This document shows positions 50,650-61,700 of a stretch of 64,000 nucleotides of DNA, one piece after another. Each line of letters starts with the position of its first letter. The first letter of the stretch is position 1. The position numbers were made by a program, and so were the translations under genes. The notes under the pieces were generated by a model, which worked only from the letters and a program-made list of their open reading frames with translations, was not told the DNA's origin and searched no databases. The stretch spans positions 288,001 to 352,000 of the forward strand of contig CAWFGE010000012.1 in NCBI GenBank assembly GCA_963815195.1, in the 5' to 3' direction. The DNA comes from an uncultured Planctomycetaceae bacterium (GTDB lineage Bacteria; Planctomycetota; Planctomycetia; Planctomycetales; Planctomycetaceae).

Positions 50650-53600
50650 ATGCACGAGTATGACCCATACGCGGCCACGCGAAAACTTCCGCCGGGCGCC
50701 GACCTGTCCTTCCTGGAATCGGCCGACGATGGATTTGCGCTCAACGAATACCCGGAGCGAATCAGCCGTTACCGCGTCGAGCGCGTGTTGGGCCGGGGAG
50801 GGTTTGGCCTCGTCTATTTGGCTTATGACGATCAACTTCAGCGGCGGGTGGCGATCAAAGTGCCCCATGCGTGCCTCGTGACGGAAGGCCGCCAGGTTGA
50901 ACTGTATCTGGCCGAAGGCCGAATGGTGGCTGCGCTCGACCACCCGCATATTATTCCGGTCTACGACGTGGGGCAGATGCCCGAGTTTCCGATCTTTATT
51001 GTTTCGAAGTTTATCGAAGGGACGGATTTGGCCAAGCGGCTGAAGCGGAGCGGCATCAGTGCGTTCGCGGCGGCGGAATTGACCGCGACCGTGGCCGAGG
51101 CGCTGCACTCGGCCCACAAGCGGGGCATCATCCACCGCGACGTCAAACCCGCCAATATTTTGATCGACCGGGAGGGACAGCCGCATCTCGGGGATTTCGG
51201 GCTGGCACTCCGCGAGCAGGAAATCGGCCAAGGACCGAGAACGGCGGGGACGCCGGCTTACATGTCGCCCGAGCAGGCCCGCGGAGAAGGCCACCGCGTG
51301 GACGGCCGCAGCGATGTGTTTTCGCTGGCGGTTGTGTTTTATGAAATGCTGGTCGGCCGCCGCCCGTTTTCAGGCGATACTCAGCAAGAATTGCTGGAGC
51401 ATATCGCCGCACAGGACGCCCGCCCGCCGCGCCAGGTCCTGGATGCCATCCCCAAGGAAATGGAACGGATCTGTTTGAAGGCGCTCTCCAAGCGCGCCAG
51501 CGACCGTTACACCACCGCCAAAGATTTCGCCGAGGACTTGCGGCATTTTCTGCATGATCGGCCTCGTAATTTGGTGCCCAAAGCCGGGGAACCGCTTGCG
51601 TCGTCGGAGCCTGAAACGGTGAAGGCATCGGACGTCTGGCCGTCGGCGACTCCCAGTGCCACCAGCCGGCCTTTGAAAATCGTTCCCAAGGGGCTGCGGT
51701 CGTTCGACGAGCACGACGCCGACTTCTTTCTGGAGCTGCTTCCCGGCCCGCGCGATCGGGACAATCTGCCGGACTCGATCCGTTTCTGGAAAGCCCGCCT
51801 CGAGGAAGCCGACCCCGACAACACGTTCCCCGTGGGATTGATCTATGGTCCGTCGGGTTGCGGGAAAACGTCGTTCATCAAAGCGGGCGTGCTTCCCTGC
51901 CTTTCCGAAAGCGTGAATGCGGTTTATGTCGAAGCGACGCCGGACGACACCGAGGATCGGCTGCTCAGGCGGCTGCGAAAGCGATGTCCCGGCCTGCCCG
52001 AACATCTGAGCTTGAAAGACACCGTGACCGCCTTGCGCCGCGGGCAGGGAACGGTTTCCGGGCGGAAGGTGGTGATCGTTCTCGACCAATTCGAGCAGTG
52101 GCTGCACGGAAAACAGAACCAGGAGGACGGCGAACTGATTCAAGCGTTAAGGCAATGCGACGGGGGCAGCGTGCAATGCCTGGTGATGGTTCGCGACGAT
52201 TTCTGGCTCGCCGTCAGCCGGTTTATGAAGAGCTTGGAGATCCGGATCGTCGAAGGCCAGAACAGCGCGCTCGTCGATCTGTTCGATACGGATCACGCCT
52301 GCCGAGTGCTCGCCGCGTTCGGGCGGGCCTTCAATCGTCTCCCGGAAGATTCCAGCAAGACGACCCCCGAGCAGACGCAATTCCTAAACCAAGCCGCGGA
52401 GGGCCTCGCGGAAAACGGGAAAGTGATTTGCGTCCGGCTGGCGATTTTTGCCGAGATGATGAAGAGCAAACCCTGGACTCCCAAAGCCCTCAAGGAAATC
52501 GGCGGAACGGTGGGCGTGGGGGTGACCTTTCTGGAAGAGGCGTTCATGGCGTCGACCGCTCCCCCGTCGCATCGGATGCACCAGCAGGCGGTGCGGGCGG
52601 TGCTAAAGGCGCTTTTGCCCGAACGGGGCAGCCGGATCAAAGGGCGGATGATGTCCTATGACGAGCTGCTCGCGGCGTCGGGCTATCAAAATCGCACGGC
52701 GGATTTCGACGCGGTGCTCCGCATCCTCGACAGCGAGGTGCGGTTGATTACTCCCAGCGATTCGGAGGAAGAGGCCGAGGGAAAAGGCGCGCCGGCGGAA
52801 TCGCCCGCGAAGAAATCCTATCAACTGACGCACGACTTTCTCGTGCCCTCGCTGCGGGAATGGCTGACGCAAAAGCAGAACGAAACCAGCCGGGGCCGGG
52901 CGGAATTGCTCCTGGCGGAACGGGCGCAACTCTGGCAGGCGAAGCCGGAGTCCCGGCAACTGCCCGGCTGGTACGAGTGGATTTCCGTCCTGATTCTGAC
53001 CAACTCCAAGTTTCGGACGCCGGCGGAACGGGCGCTGCTTCGCGCTTCGCGGTCTTATTACACGCGGAAGCTGGCGTTGTTTCTGTTGATTTTTGTGGGT
53101 CTCGCCTGGTCGTTTTTCGCGGTGCGCGCGACTCTTGACGAGCGCGCGGAGCAGCAATACGCCCAGGTGCTGGTGGACCGGTTGCGCACGGGAAAGATCG
53201 AGCACCTCAAAAACGTTTTGGCCGAGATGACTGCCGATCACCGTTACGTGCTGCCTGAGTTGACCGAGATGCGGGCGTTGCCGGAACGCGATCGCCGTTG
53301 GCGGGCGGCGCTGGCGCTTCTTCCGATGGACCCATCTCAGGCGGCATATTTGAAAAACATTCTCTTAGAGCCTCAAACCAAGCCGGACGAGTTCCTGCTT
53401 ACCAGGGACATGTTGAACCGCTATTCGAGGGGCTCGGCGTCCTGGGCCGCAGAGACCTTCCGCGACAAGCCGGCGGCGAGGTTTCGCATGGCGTGTGCGT
53501 TGGCGGGCTGGGAACCGACGCATCCCCTGCTCCGCGAAGAGGCCGGGCTCATCGGGGAACAGTTGTTGGATCAACCCACGGTTCTCTGCCCGCAATGGTG

Positions 53601-55014
53601 CGAGGCGCTGTATCCCGCGCGGGCCAATCTTCTGGATTGGCTGACCGGCGCCTTTCCGAAGCTCACACAGCCCAGCCAGATCTTCAATTGTGCCCATGCC
53701 ATCTATAGGTTTAGCGAGGAAGATTCCGAGAGAATCGTCGGCCTGCTTCCCGAGGCGGACGAGACCCAGTCGCGGGCGCTCACGGAAATCCTCCAGGTCG
53801 AGAATAATCCCGGAACCGCCGAGCAGATTCGACGGCTGTTGGAACAATGGAAACGGCGGAATCCCGGCACACAGCCCGCAAAGGATCGCGTCGCCAAAGC
53901 CATCGTGAACCTGGCCTTGACGTTGTGGCTGATGGGGCACGATGCGGAACTGGCGGATTGCTTAGAGGAACGCGGCGATCCGAGACGCTGCACCTACGCC
54001 CAAGTCGCCATGAGCCAGCCGCGCGTGCCGGCGGAGCGACTCCTTGTGATCTTAACGTCCCCGGACGGAGAGGCGATGCGGCAAAGCGTGTTGACGGCCC
54101 TGGCCGATCGGGTGGAGACATTGCAGCCGGCCCAAAAAGAGACGCTGCTCGAAAGGGCCAAAGAATTGTACGTCTCCGATCCCGCGTCCGGCGTGCATGC
54201 GTTGTGCTGGCTGATTTTGAATCGCTTGGGTCAAAAGGCCTGGCTTGCCGACACGAACCGCGGCTTCGAGGGCGAGGCGTCGCCGGGGCGAAACTGGTCG
54301 CACACCCACGGCGGGCAAATGTTGATTCACTTCGATGCCGGCGGGAGACGGGTCGGCCTGTCGAGCACCGAGGTGACGTTCAAACAGTTTCAGCGGTGGC
54401 TCACAACCTATGCCCACGACAAGGACGTGGATGGAGGCGAAGACGATTCGCCAGCCGGCGGACTCTATGTCCATCAAAGCATTCAATACTGCCAGTGGCT
54501 CAGCGAACAGACCCTTCCCAAGGAGGAATGGTGCTACCCGCCGCTTTCCGAATTGAGCCGCAAGAACCTGCAGCCCGTGGAAGGCTATCTGGACCGCTTG
54601 GGCTACCGGCTGCCCACGGCGGAAGAATGGCGAGCCGCCTGTGCCGCGGGCACGACGACTCCGCGGTTTTACGGTTACGATCCCGATCTCACGCCGCGGT
54701 ACGCGTGGGACATCTCCAGTTCCCGCGCGAGATTGATGCCGGCCGGTTCGCTGCTTCCGAATCGGGCCGGCTTATTCGACATGTACGGCAACGTGCGCAA
54801 AATCTGCGCGACGCCCGTGGATGGGAAAATCCGATATACCGCCGCCAGCTCGTCGGCTCGTTCGAAACCTGCGTCGTCCGTCACGAGATTCCGCGCCGCC
54901 TTGCCGCTGACCATCAACAACAGCGATCCCTATTTGGGATTTCGAATCGCGCGCACGCTGCCGCCCCCCAAAGATCAGGAAAAATCTGAAAAATTCTTGC
55001 TGGATTCGAGGTGA
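50650..55014 (+). CDS. Ser/Thr kinase - nSTAND1-like NTPase - TM - helical repeats - FGE/sulfatase-modifying-factor domain fusion
   Basis: HRDVKPAN and DFG; Walker A GPSGCGKTS; Walker B VIVLDQFEQ; LTHDFLV; one TM; GYRLPTAEEW, GLFDMYGNV and GFRIART. Confidence 0.9.
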   Translation: MHEYDPYAATRKLPPGADLSFLESADDGFALNEYPERISRYRVERVLGRGGFGLVYLAYDDQLQRRVAIKVPHACLVTEGRQVELYLAEGRMVAALDHPHIIPVYDVGQMPEFPIFIVSKFIEGTDLAKRLKRSGISAFAAAELTATVAEALHSAHKRGIIHRDVKPANILIDREGQPHLGDFGLALREQEIGQGPRTAGTPAYMSPEQARGEGHRVDGRSDVFSLAVVFYEMLVGRRPFSGDTQQELLEHIAAQDARPPRQVLDAIPKEMERICLKALSKRASDRYTTAKDFAEDLRHFLHDRPRNLVPKAGEPLASSEPETVKASDVWPSATPSATSRPLKIVPKGLRSFDEHDADFFLELLPGPRDRDNLPDSIRFWKARLEEADPDNTFPVGLIYGPSGCGKTSFIKAGVLPCLSESVNAVYVEATPDDTEDRLLRRLRKRCPGLPEHLSLKDTVTALRRGQGTVSGRKVVIVLDQFEQWLHGKQNQEDGELIQALRQCDGGSVQCLVMVRDDFWLAVSRFMKSLEIRIVEGQNSALVDLFDTDHACRVLAAFGRAFNRLPEDSSKTTPEQTQFLNQAAEGLAENGKVICVRLAIFAEMMKSKPWTPKALKEIGGTVGVGVTFLEEAFMASTAPPSHRMHQQAVRAVLKALLPERGSRIKGRMMSYDELLAASGYQNRTADFDAVLRILDSEVRLITPSDSEEEAEGKGAPAESPAKKSYQLTHDFLVPSLREWLTQKQNETSRGRAELLLAERAQLWQAKPESRQLPGWYEWISVLILTNSKFRTPAERALLRASRSYYTRKLALFLLIFVGLAWSFFAVRATLDERAEQQYAQVLVDRLRTGKIEHLKNVLAEMTADHRYVLPELTEMRALPERDRRWRAALALLPMDPSQAAYLKNILLEPQTKPDEFLLTRDMLNRYSRGSASWAAETFRDKPAARFRMACALAGWEPTHPLLREEAGLIGEQLLDQPTVLCPQWCEALYPARANLLDWLTGAFPKLTQPSQIFNCAHAIYRFSEEDSERIVGLLPEADETQSRALTEILQVENNPGTAEQIRRLLEQWKRRNPGTQPAKDRVAKAIVNLALTLWLMGHDAELADCLEERGDPRRCTYAQVAMSQPRVPAERLLVILTSPDGEAMRQSVLTALADRVETLQPAQKETLLERAKELYVSDPASGVHALCWLILNRLGQKAWLADTNRGFEGEASPGRNWSHTHGGQMLIHFDAGGRRVGLSSTEVTFKQFQRWLTTYAHDKDVDGGEDDSPAGGLYVHQSIQYCQWLSEQTLPKEEWCYPPLSELSRKNLQPVEGYLDRLGYRLPTAEEWRAACAAGTTTPRFYGYDPDLTPRYAWDISSSRARLMPAGSLLPNRAGLFDMYGNVRKICATPVDGKIRYTAASSSARSKPASSVTRFRAALPLTINNSDPYLGFRIARTLPPPKDQEKSEKFLLDSR

Positions 55015-55072
55015 TCTATCGTGTATGTAGGGTGTTATTGTGTCTTTGAACATCCACTTGCGAGGAACACCC

Positions 55073-55690
55073 ATGACATCAGAACCGAGTGGCTCCGGCA
55101 GCGGGTCGCGTCCCTGCGGGACGGGCTGTGCGTGGCGGTATGACAACGATTTGGGCTGTTGGGTCGCGCTCCACGGTTGTGCCGACGAGGACAAGTGGTG
55201 CGATCCTCCCGCTTACAGCTCTTACATCAAGAGTGCGGCCGCATATAAACGGGAACCCGCTTGCACAAGCTGTTACACGCCGGAGGAAATGCAGATGCTC
55301 GCCCGCGCCGCCGCGGAAAGCAAGCTGGCGGTGAAGCGGTTCGGCGTGATTATTCCCAAGATCAGCGAGCCGGCTCGCATTGGCCGCTTCTCCGACGTCG
55401 TGGCCCTCGGCGGCACGAACCAGATTTATTCGCCGACCTATGGCTGGCTGGTCAAGGTGCGGAGCAAATTCCAGACGCCCGGGTCCACACCCCAACCCTT
55501 GACCGTGGAGCCGACCAACCAGCCCGTGGTTTGCCCGAAATTCAGCGAAACGGCTTTTTCCGTGGGCATCATGCTGGAAGAAGGGCCGGGAGTGCTTGAA
55601 CAATACTGGCTCAACGTCACGGCCTCCCAGGGGTGGAGCGTGTTGACCACCGCGGAATGGGACGTGCTCGTCGTACGGATGGCGGTTTGA
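55073..55690 (+). CDS. Hypothetical protein with Cys/Trp-rich N-terminus
   Basis: GAGGA RBS; SGSGSGS then CGTGCAWRY..GCW..GC..WCDPP..CTSC. Confidence 0.7.
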   Translation: MTSEPSGSGSGSRPCGTGCAWRYDNDLGCWVALHGCADEDKWCDPPAYSSYIKSAAAYKREPACTSCYTPEEMQMLARAAAESKLAVKRFGVIIPKISEPARIGRFSDVVALGGTNQIYSPTYGWLVKVRSKFQTPGSTPQPLTVEPTNQPVVCPKFSETAFSVGIMLEEGPGVLEQYWLNVTASQGWSVLTTAEWDVLVVRMAV

Positions 55691-55727
55691 CCTGGTGGGA
55701 TCGCTCGGCTTCGGGATCAGATTTTTC

Positions 55728-57081
55728 ATGGACACCTTCGACGTGTTTGACCGGGTTTGCTGTATCAACCTCGACCGCCGGCCCGACCGCTGGGAGCGGT
55801 TTGTGGAAGGACTCCCGGCCGATTGGCCCTTTCGTCCGGTCGAGCGCGTGTCCGCCGTCGATGGAGAGCGGGTCCCGCCTCCCGGCTGGTGGCGTCCGGG
55901 CTCCGGCGCGTGGGGCTGTTACCGGACGCATCTGCGGTTGATCGAAGACGCCCTCAATCAGGGCGTGAACTCCCTCCTCGTGTTCGAGGACGATGCTCTC
56001 TTTGGAAAAGACTTCGCGAGCAAAGTTCGGCGGTTTCTCGCACGGGTGCCGGCCGATTGGGGCATGCTGTATCTGGGGGGACAGCATCTGAAATCCAAAG
56101 AGGTTCCTCCGCGGGCCGTCAATGAAGAAGTCTGCGAGCCTTACAACGTGAACCGCACGCACGCGTTCGCCCTCCGCGGCCCGGCGATGAAAGCGGTCTA
56201 TCGCCACCTGTGCTCCAATGCCTGGCGTGCGGGACATCACATCGACCATCACCTGGGGCAGTTTCTCGAACGGCACGATCCGCGTTACCCGGTGTATTGT
56301 CCGCGGAACTGGCTCGTGGGGCAGGCGGGGGGAGACTCGAACATCACGCCGCAAACCTTTCCCGATCGGTTCTGGGACGGCCTCGGCAAAATCGATGTGA
56401 ACCGGCTTCCCTTTACGGCGATTGTCGGGCTGCACTCGTCCGGCTCGTCGGCCTTGGCCGGCCTCGCGTGGGGGCTCGGCCTTTATCTTGGCGAGAGATC
56501 TCGGCGGATATTACGGCAGCCAGCCCGGCGGGAAATGCGGTTACGAGGATGCGGAGCTTACCGAGATCTGCGAGTCCCTGATTTCCTTTCCCTCGTGCCG
56601 GCGAATCAATGATTCCGAGCAAGCGGGGCGTCTGCGGGACTGGATTCAATCCCGGCGGGTGCAGGCTCATCAATTCAAGGCGGTGGCCGGCGGCAAATAT
56701 CCGCAGCTCTGCCGATTGGGGCCCGACCTCCTGGATGTCTGCGGAAGCCAACTCCGGCTGATTATCTCGGAACGCCCGCTGGAGGATTCCATTCGCTCGC
56801 TCCAAAAACGCTGCCCGCACATGGATCCGGCCCGGATCGAAGCGCACCAGCGCTGGCTCAAAGCGGGCCTGGACGATTTGCGGACAAAAGTGCCCCCGCC
56901 GCGCCAGCTTGTGGTGCGCTACGAGGACTTGCTCGAACAGCCGGAGCGGGAAGCGCGCCGCGTGGCCGGTTTTCTGAATCTCAAGGACCGGGACATGCCT
57001 TGCCGGATCGCCAAGGCGGTCGCGCCGATTCACCTCTACGCGCACCAGCGAAAGAAAGCGGAATCGCAGACGCCGTCCTGA
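55728..57081 (+). CDS. GT25-like glycosyltransferase fused to a sulfotransferase-like domain (frameshift near 56495)
   Basis: INLDRRPDRW, AVDG, GCYRTH, FEDD and IDH; then IVGLHSSGSS (PAPS-loop-like), GKYP, RPLEDSIRSL and VRYEDLL. Confidence 0.8.
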
Positions 57082-57125
57082 ACCCTCCTCCCATTGTCAT
57101 TCGTCGAGCATTTCGCTTCGAAGCG

Positions 57126-57797
57126 TCACAGGGGCGGAGTTTCGAGTTCCGGAAGCACCGGTTCCAAGGCTTCGTCGGGGTCGGGCGGCTGGGGCGAGCG
57201 GTTTTCCGGCAGGCGGCGGTTTTCTTCGGGCATGGGGGGCCGTTCGGAGTTCGGCGGCCTCGATTCCGGCAATTCCGGCGGCGCGGATTTCTTGTTTTTG
57301 CCGGGTCCCGGTTCGCGGTCGAGGGGGAACACTTCGATGTCGAGCTCCGGGAACGCCGAGCCTTGATCCGGATCGCCCTCGCGGACGTGATGGATCCCCG
57401 GCCGCATTTCCACGGGCCCCTCGCCTTCGCGAGCCAGCGGGTTTGAGGAATGAGTTCGTGCATGCTCTGGTTTCCGCTGTTCTCCCGAGGAACGGGAATC
57501 GGCGTTCTCGCGGGGAGCGGCGGGCCGATCCCACGCCAACACGGCCGCCATCACGAGCAGCAGGGCGGAAAACCCGACCGTCATCGTGCCCGCGGAAGAT
57601 CGGCTCCGCTCGGCCGAGGCATTTCGAGGACGGGAAGGCGTCGCCGTCAGCCGGGACGAACCGCTTTGGTGCCGCGGCGGCAAATGGGGAGACTCGGAGC
57701 GCAAGTCCGGGGGCATCTCCTGATGGAAGAATTCCTCCAACAAGGTTTCCACCCGCGATTCGTTCCAGAGAGGTTTACCGTTCTCCGGATGGGTCAT
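57126..57797 (-). CDS. Putative anti-sigma factor (single TM, Pro/Glu-rich C-terminus)
   Basis: Overlaps the end of the ECF sigma gene; LLEEFFHQEMP N-terminal motif; one TM. Confidence 0.55.
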   Translation of the reverse strand: MTHPENGKPLWNESRVETLLEEFFHQEMPPDLRSESPHLPPRHQSGSSRLTATPSRPRNASAERSRSSAGTMTVGFSALLLVMAAVLAWDRPAAPRENADSRSSGEQRKPEHARTHSSNPLAREGEGPVEMRPGIHHVREGDPDQGSAFPELDIEVFPLDREPGPGKNKKSAPPELPESRPPNSERPPMPEENRRLPENRSPQPPDPDEALEPVLPELETPPL

Positions 57798-58314
57798 ACT
57801 CGACTCCTGCCTCGTTCAAAATGTCGGCCAACCGCTGCCTGGCCCGCGAGAGCCGCATATCGACGGCGGAGGTGGTGAGCTCCAGCGTCTCGGCAATGCG
57901 TTGGGAAGGCCAACCTAATGCATATCGTAATACCAAAATCTCCCGGTCACTGGGGCGGAGGCATTCCAAAGCCGCCCGCACCTGGTCGTGAAGTTCTTGA
58001 TGGGCCAGGATCGCGGCCGGGTCGCTGGACCCGCCTTCGGTTTCATCGAGGTAATCGACCGAACGGGCCGCCACGCGTTGATGGCGGGCCATGTCCCGGA
58101 GCCAGTTTCGCCCCACCTTGACGAGCCACGCCCGCATGTCGCGGAGCGGCGGGCCGGAATAGGCTTGCAGCCGGGCAAAGGCTTCTTGCAGCGCGTCGTG
58201 CGCCTTTTCCGCATCGCGGCACTGCGCATAAAACACCGCCCATAACTCGCGGCTGTGGGTTCGATAGACTGCCTCCACCGTGGCGGACCACGTCGTGGCC
58301 TGCTCATCTGACAT
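57775..58314 (-). CDS. ECF-type RNA polymerase sigma-70 factor
   Basis: AHDALQEAF, AWLVKVGRN and L...DREILVLRY...IAE.L...AV..RLSRAR. Confidence 0.93.
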   Translation of the reverse strand: MSDEQATTWSATVEAVYRTHSRELWAVFYAQCRDAEKAHDALQEAFARLQAYSGPPLRDMRAWLVKVGRNWLRDMARHQRVAARSVDYLDETEGGSSDPAAILAHQELHDQVRAALECLRPSDREILVLRYALGWPSQRIAETLELTTSAVDMRLSRARQRLADILNEAGVEYDPSGER

Positions 58315-58794
58315 CAAGCGCCCGGTGTCTTAGGACTTGTTGACCGAAATCTCGCCTCTCCACAAAACACATCAAAAAACTTCCCGCCACACCAGGGAGA
58401 CGAATATCAGGGATCGACCTAACAGGAGACGACAGAATTTGTGCGAAAATAGGGGAAATAATCGAGACAACATGTCTTTCACTGGGGTGCGAAGTCGCGC
58501 CCCGTTGCGTCGGTGCTCCGCCATTAAGCTTGGCAAATGTGGGCCGAAAGAGCAAATGCTTTTTGGGGAGAAGCCGGATTCTTCCCCAGCAGTGGCAAGG
58601 GGAAAGGCCCTCCCAATCTGCTTATTTTGCATATTTGTAAAAAAGCGCTTGACTTATCGATCTTTCCTCGTTTCACTCATGTGATGAATGGGAGGTGTCG
58701 TGAACATCTGCAAATCCTCCATGCTCGAATCTCCAAAAAGTTCCCGGAGTGCCGAGTTCCTTGTCCTATACACCCTGTCGCGGAGATGTGAATC

Positions 58795-61700
58795 ATGTTG
58801 CGCAACTGGCTGGCGGAATGGAAACGAATCGGACGAGTTCTCAGCACACAAAGTCAACGGGACCGCCGGCCGCGGTTCCGCTCCGCGAGAGTCCCCCACC
58901 ACGCGGAGGTGTTGGAGGATCGGACCTTGCTGTCGACGTTTTATGTGGACAACATCGGCGATTTTGTCGTCACGACGAATAATGCCGGCGGTGCGGGCGC
59001 GGACCCGGGGGACATCGTGACGTGGGACTCGACCGGCACCCACGCGGCGGGGGCGGTCGCGGGGTTAACGTTCGGGACGGATGCTTTCTCGACCATTCAA
59101 GACGCCGTCAATGCGGCGGCCGCCAGCGCGGATGCGACGGACACCATCGACGTCGCCGCCGGGACGTTTACGGAGAACGTCAGCATCAATACGAATGTGG
59201 ACATCGTGGGGGCGGCGGTGGCGGGACCGACGATTGTGGATGGAGCAGCTGCCGGTTCGGTGATCGTCATCATGGCGGGCGACACCGTCACCTTGGACTC
59301 GCTCACGATTCAAAACGGGTCCGCGACCAACGGCGGCGGGATCAACAACGCCGGCACGCTGACGCTCACCAACAGCATTGTTCAAAACAACTCCGCGACG
59401 ACCAACGGCGGGGGGATCTTCAATGCGTCCACGGGCATCGCCACCGTGACGGACTCCTCGCAGATCTCCGGCAACATGGCCAGCGGCAGCGGGGTGCCGG
59501 AGGGCGGCGGCGGAATCTTTAACCAGGGCGGCGGGATGATCACGGTCGATGGCTCCTCCATCATCCAAAACAACACCGCCACCGACAGCCGGGGCGGCGG
59601 GATATTCAACGGCCCAACCGGCACGCTGCTTGTTCAAGGCGGATCGCAGATCACAGGCAACCATGCAGGCACCGTCGCCTCTACCCAAAGGTTCGGCGGC
59701 GGGATCTTTAACGCCGGCACAGCGACAATTCAAGGCGGAGCCCAGATCGCCGGCAATACCGCCATCGATCAGGGCGGCGGCATCTATAACGAATCCAGCG
59801 GCACGATGACGGTTCAAGGTGGATCCCAAATCACCGGCAATATCGTCAACAATGAAGGTGGCGGGCTCTTCAACCAGACCTTCGGGACACTGACAATCCA
59901 GGGCGGAACCCAGATCAGCGGCAATTCCGCCGGCGATGACGGGGGCGGGATTTACAATCTCGCCACTCTCACCATCGATAATGCCACCATCGGTGGAACG
60001 GGCGCCGGGAATACCGCCGGCAGCGGCGGCGGCGGGATCTTCTTTGATGATGGGACCATCACCATCACCAACACCACGATTGACGGGAATACCGCAAACA
60101 GTGGCGGTACCGGCTTGGGAACCCACGGCGGGGGCGGGATTTATGTTGATCTTGGGGAGACCTTGTCGCTCGATAGCACCGTGAGCGTCACGGGCAACAT
60201 CGCGCTGCTCAATATTGGCAGGGGAGGCGGGATTTTTGTCGGCACAGGAGCCACCCTGACGGCCACCGGCACCACCATCAGCGGCAACTCCGGATTCGAA
60301 GGCGGCGGGATTCTCAATCTCGGATCGGCGACGATCCAAAACGGCTCGATGATTACCGGAAACTCCGCCTCCGGCGTCGGTGGCGGAATTGAGATTAACG
60401 GCGGCGGGACAATGACCGTGGATGCCTCGACGGTCAGCAATAACAACGCAGTCATCGGCGGCGGGATCGATGTTGTGGTCGGCACGGCGACCATTCAGGG
60501 CGGCTCGATGATCACCGGCAACGCCTCCACCCTTGACGGAGCCGGCATTCGGCTCGAATTCCAGGGCACGGTTATCATTCAGGGCGGATCGATGGTCACC
60601 GGAAACTCGGCCGGAAACGAGGGCGGCGGAATTTCCAGCAATGCCGGCATTGTCACGGTGGATGGATCGAGTGTCAGCAACAACATGGCCGTCAGCCGGG
60701 GGGCCGGCATTCTCAATAACCAGGGCCTGACGACGATTCAAAACGCCTCCACGATTGCCGGCAACACGGCAATGGCTGAAGGCGGCGGGATCTACTCCAA
60801 CGCGGGCACGGTCATGATCCTTTCGGGTAGCCAAGTGACCGGGAACTCTTCGACGAGCGGGGGCGGTATCTTCGGTGCGGCTGCCGGCCTGACAGTGGAC
60901 GATTCCACCATCGGCACCAACACCGCCGCCATGGACGGGGGCGGGATTTGGAGCAGCGGGACGCTAACGGTCTTGGGCGTCACCAATATCAGTGGGAACA
61001 GCAGCGCGAATGGCACCGGCATTGATGTGGCCAGCGGCACGGCGTTCGTCAACGGCACGATTGACGGTAACGGCATAATGGACGGCAGCGCCGACATGGT
61101 GCTCGTTGAAAACGGCGGTCTCCTGGGAGGGACGGGCACGATTGACGGAGCCGTGGAAGTGGAATCGGGCGGCACTGTCGCCCCCGGAACCAGTCCCGGC
61201 ATTTTGAGCGTCGCGAACACCACGTTGATGGCCGGTGCGAATTTCAACGTGGAAGTCAACGGCGTCGCCACCGCCGGGACGGATTACGATCAACTCGACG
61301 TCACGGGCACCGTGGACATCAACGGGGCGTTTCTCGTTACGTCCGGCACCGTCACCGGCACGATGGCGGGCGATGCGGTCGTCATCATCAATAACGACGG
61401 CAACGAAGCCGTCGGCGGCGAGTTTGACGGCCTGGCGGACGGCGACACGGTGATCATCAACGCCGAGACGTTTCGCATTTTCTACAAAGGCGGCGACGGC
61501 AACGACGTGGTGCTCGCCGCTTCGCCCGCGATGATCGATACCATCTATGTCAATGACGACTTCACCGGGACCGACGGCACGATCATCACCGATGCCGACC
61601 CCAACACGCCGGGCGACCAAGCCGCCGTCATTGGCGTCAACGCGTTCGACACCATTCAGGAAGGCGTGGACGCCGTGGCTTCGGGCGGCTCGGTGTTCGT

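Noticed and set aside
54780..55014. FGE/C-type-lectin C-terminus as a diversity-generating-retroelement variable region
   Set aside because: No template repeat differing at adenines and no reverse transcriptase seen in the window; a remote DGR cannot be excluded.
58649..58677. Sigma-70 promoter TTGACT-N17-TTCACT for the giant gene
   Set aside because: The -10 match is too weak to call.
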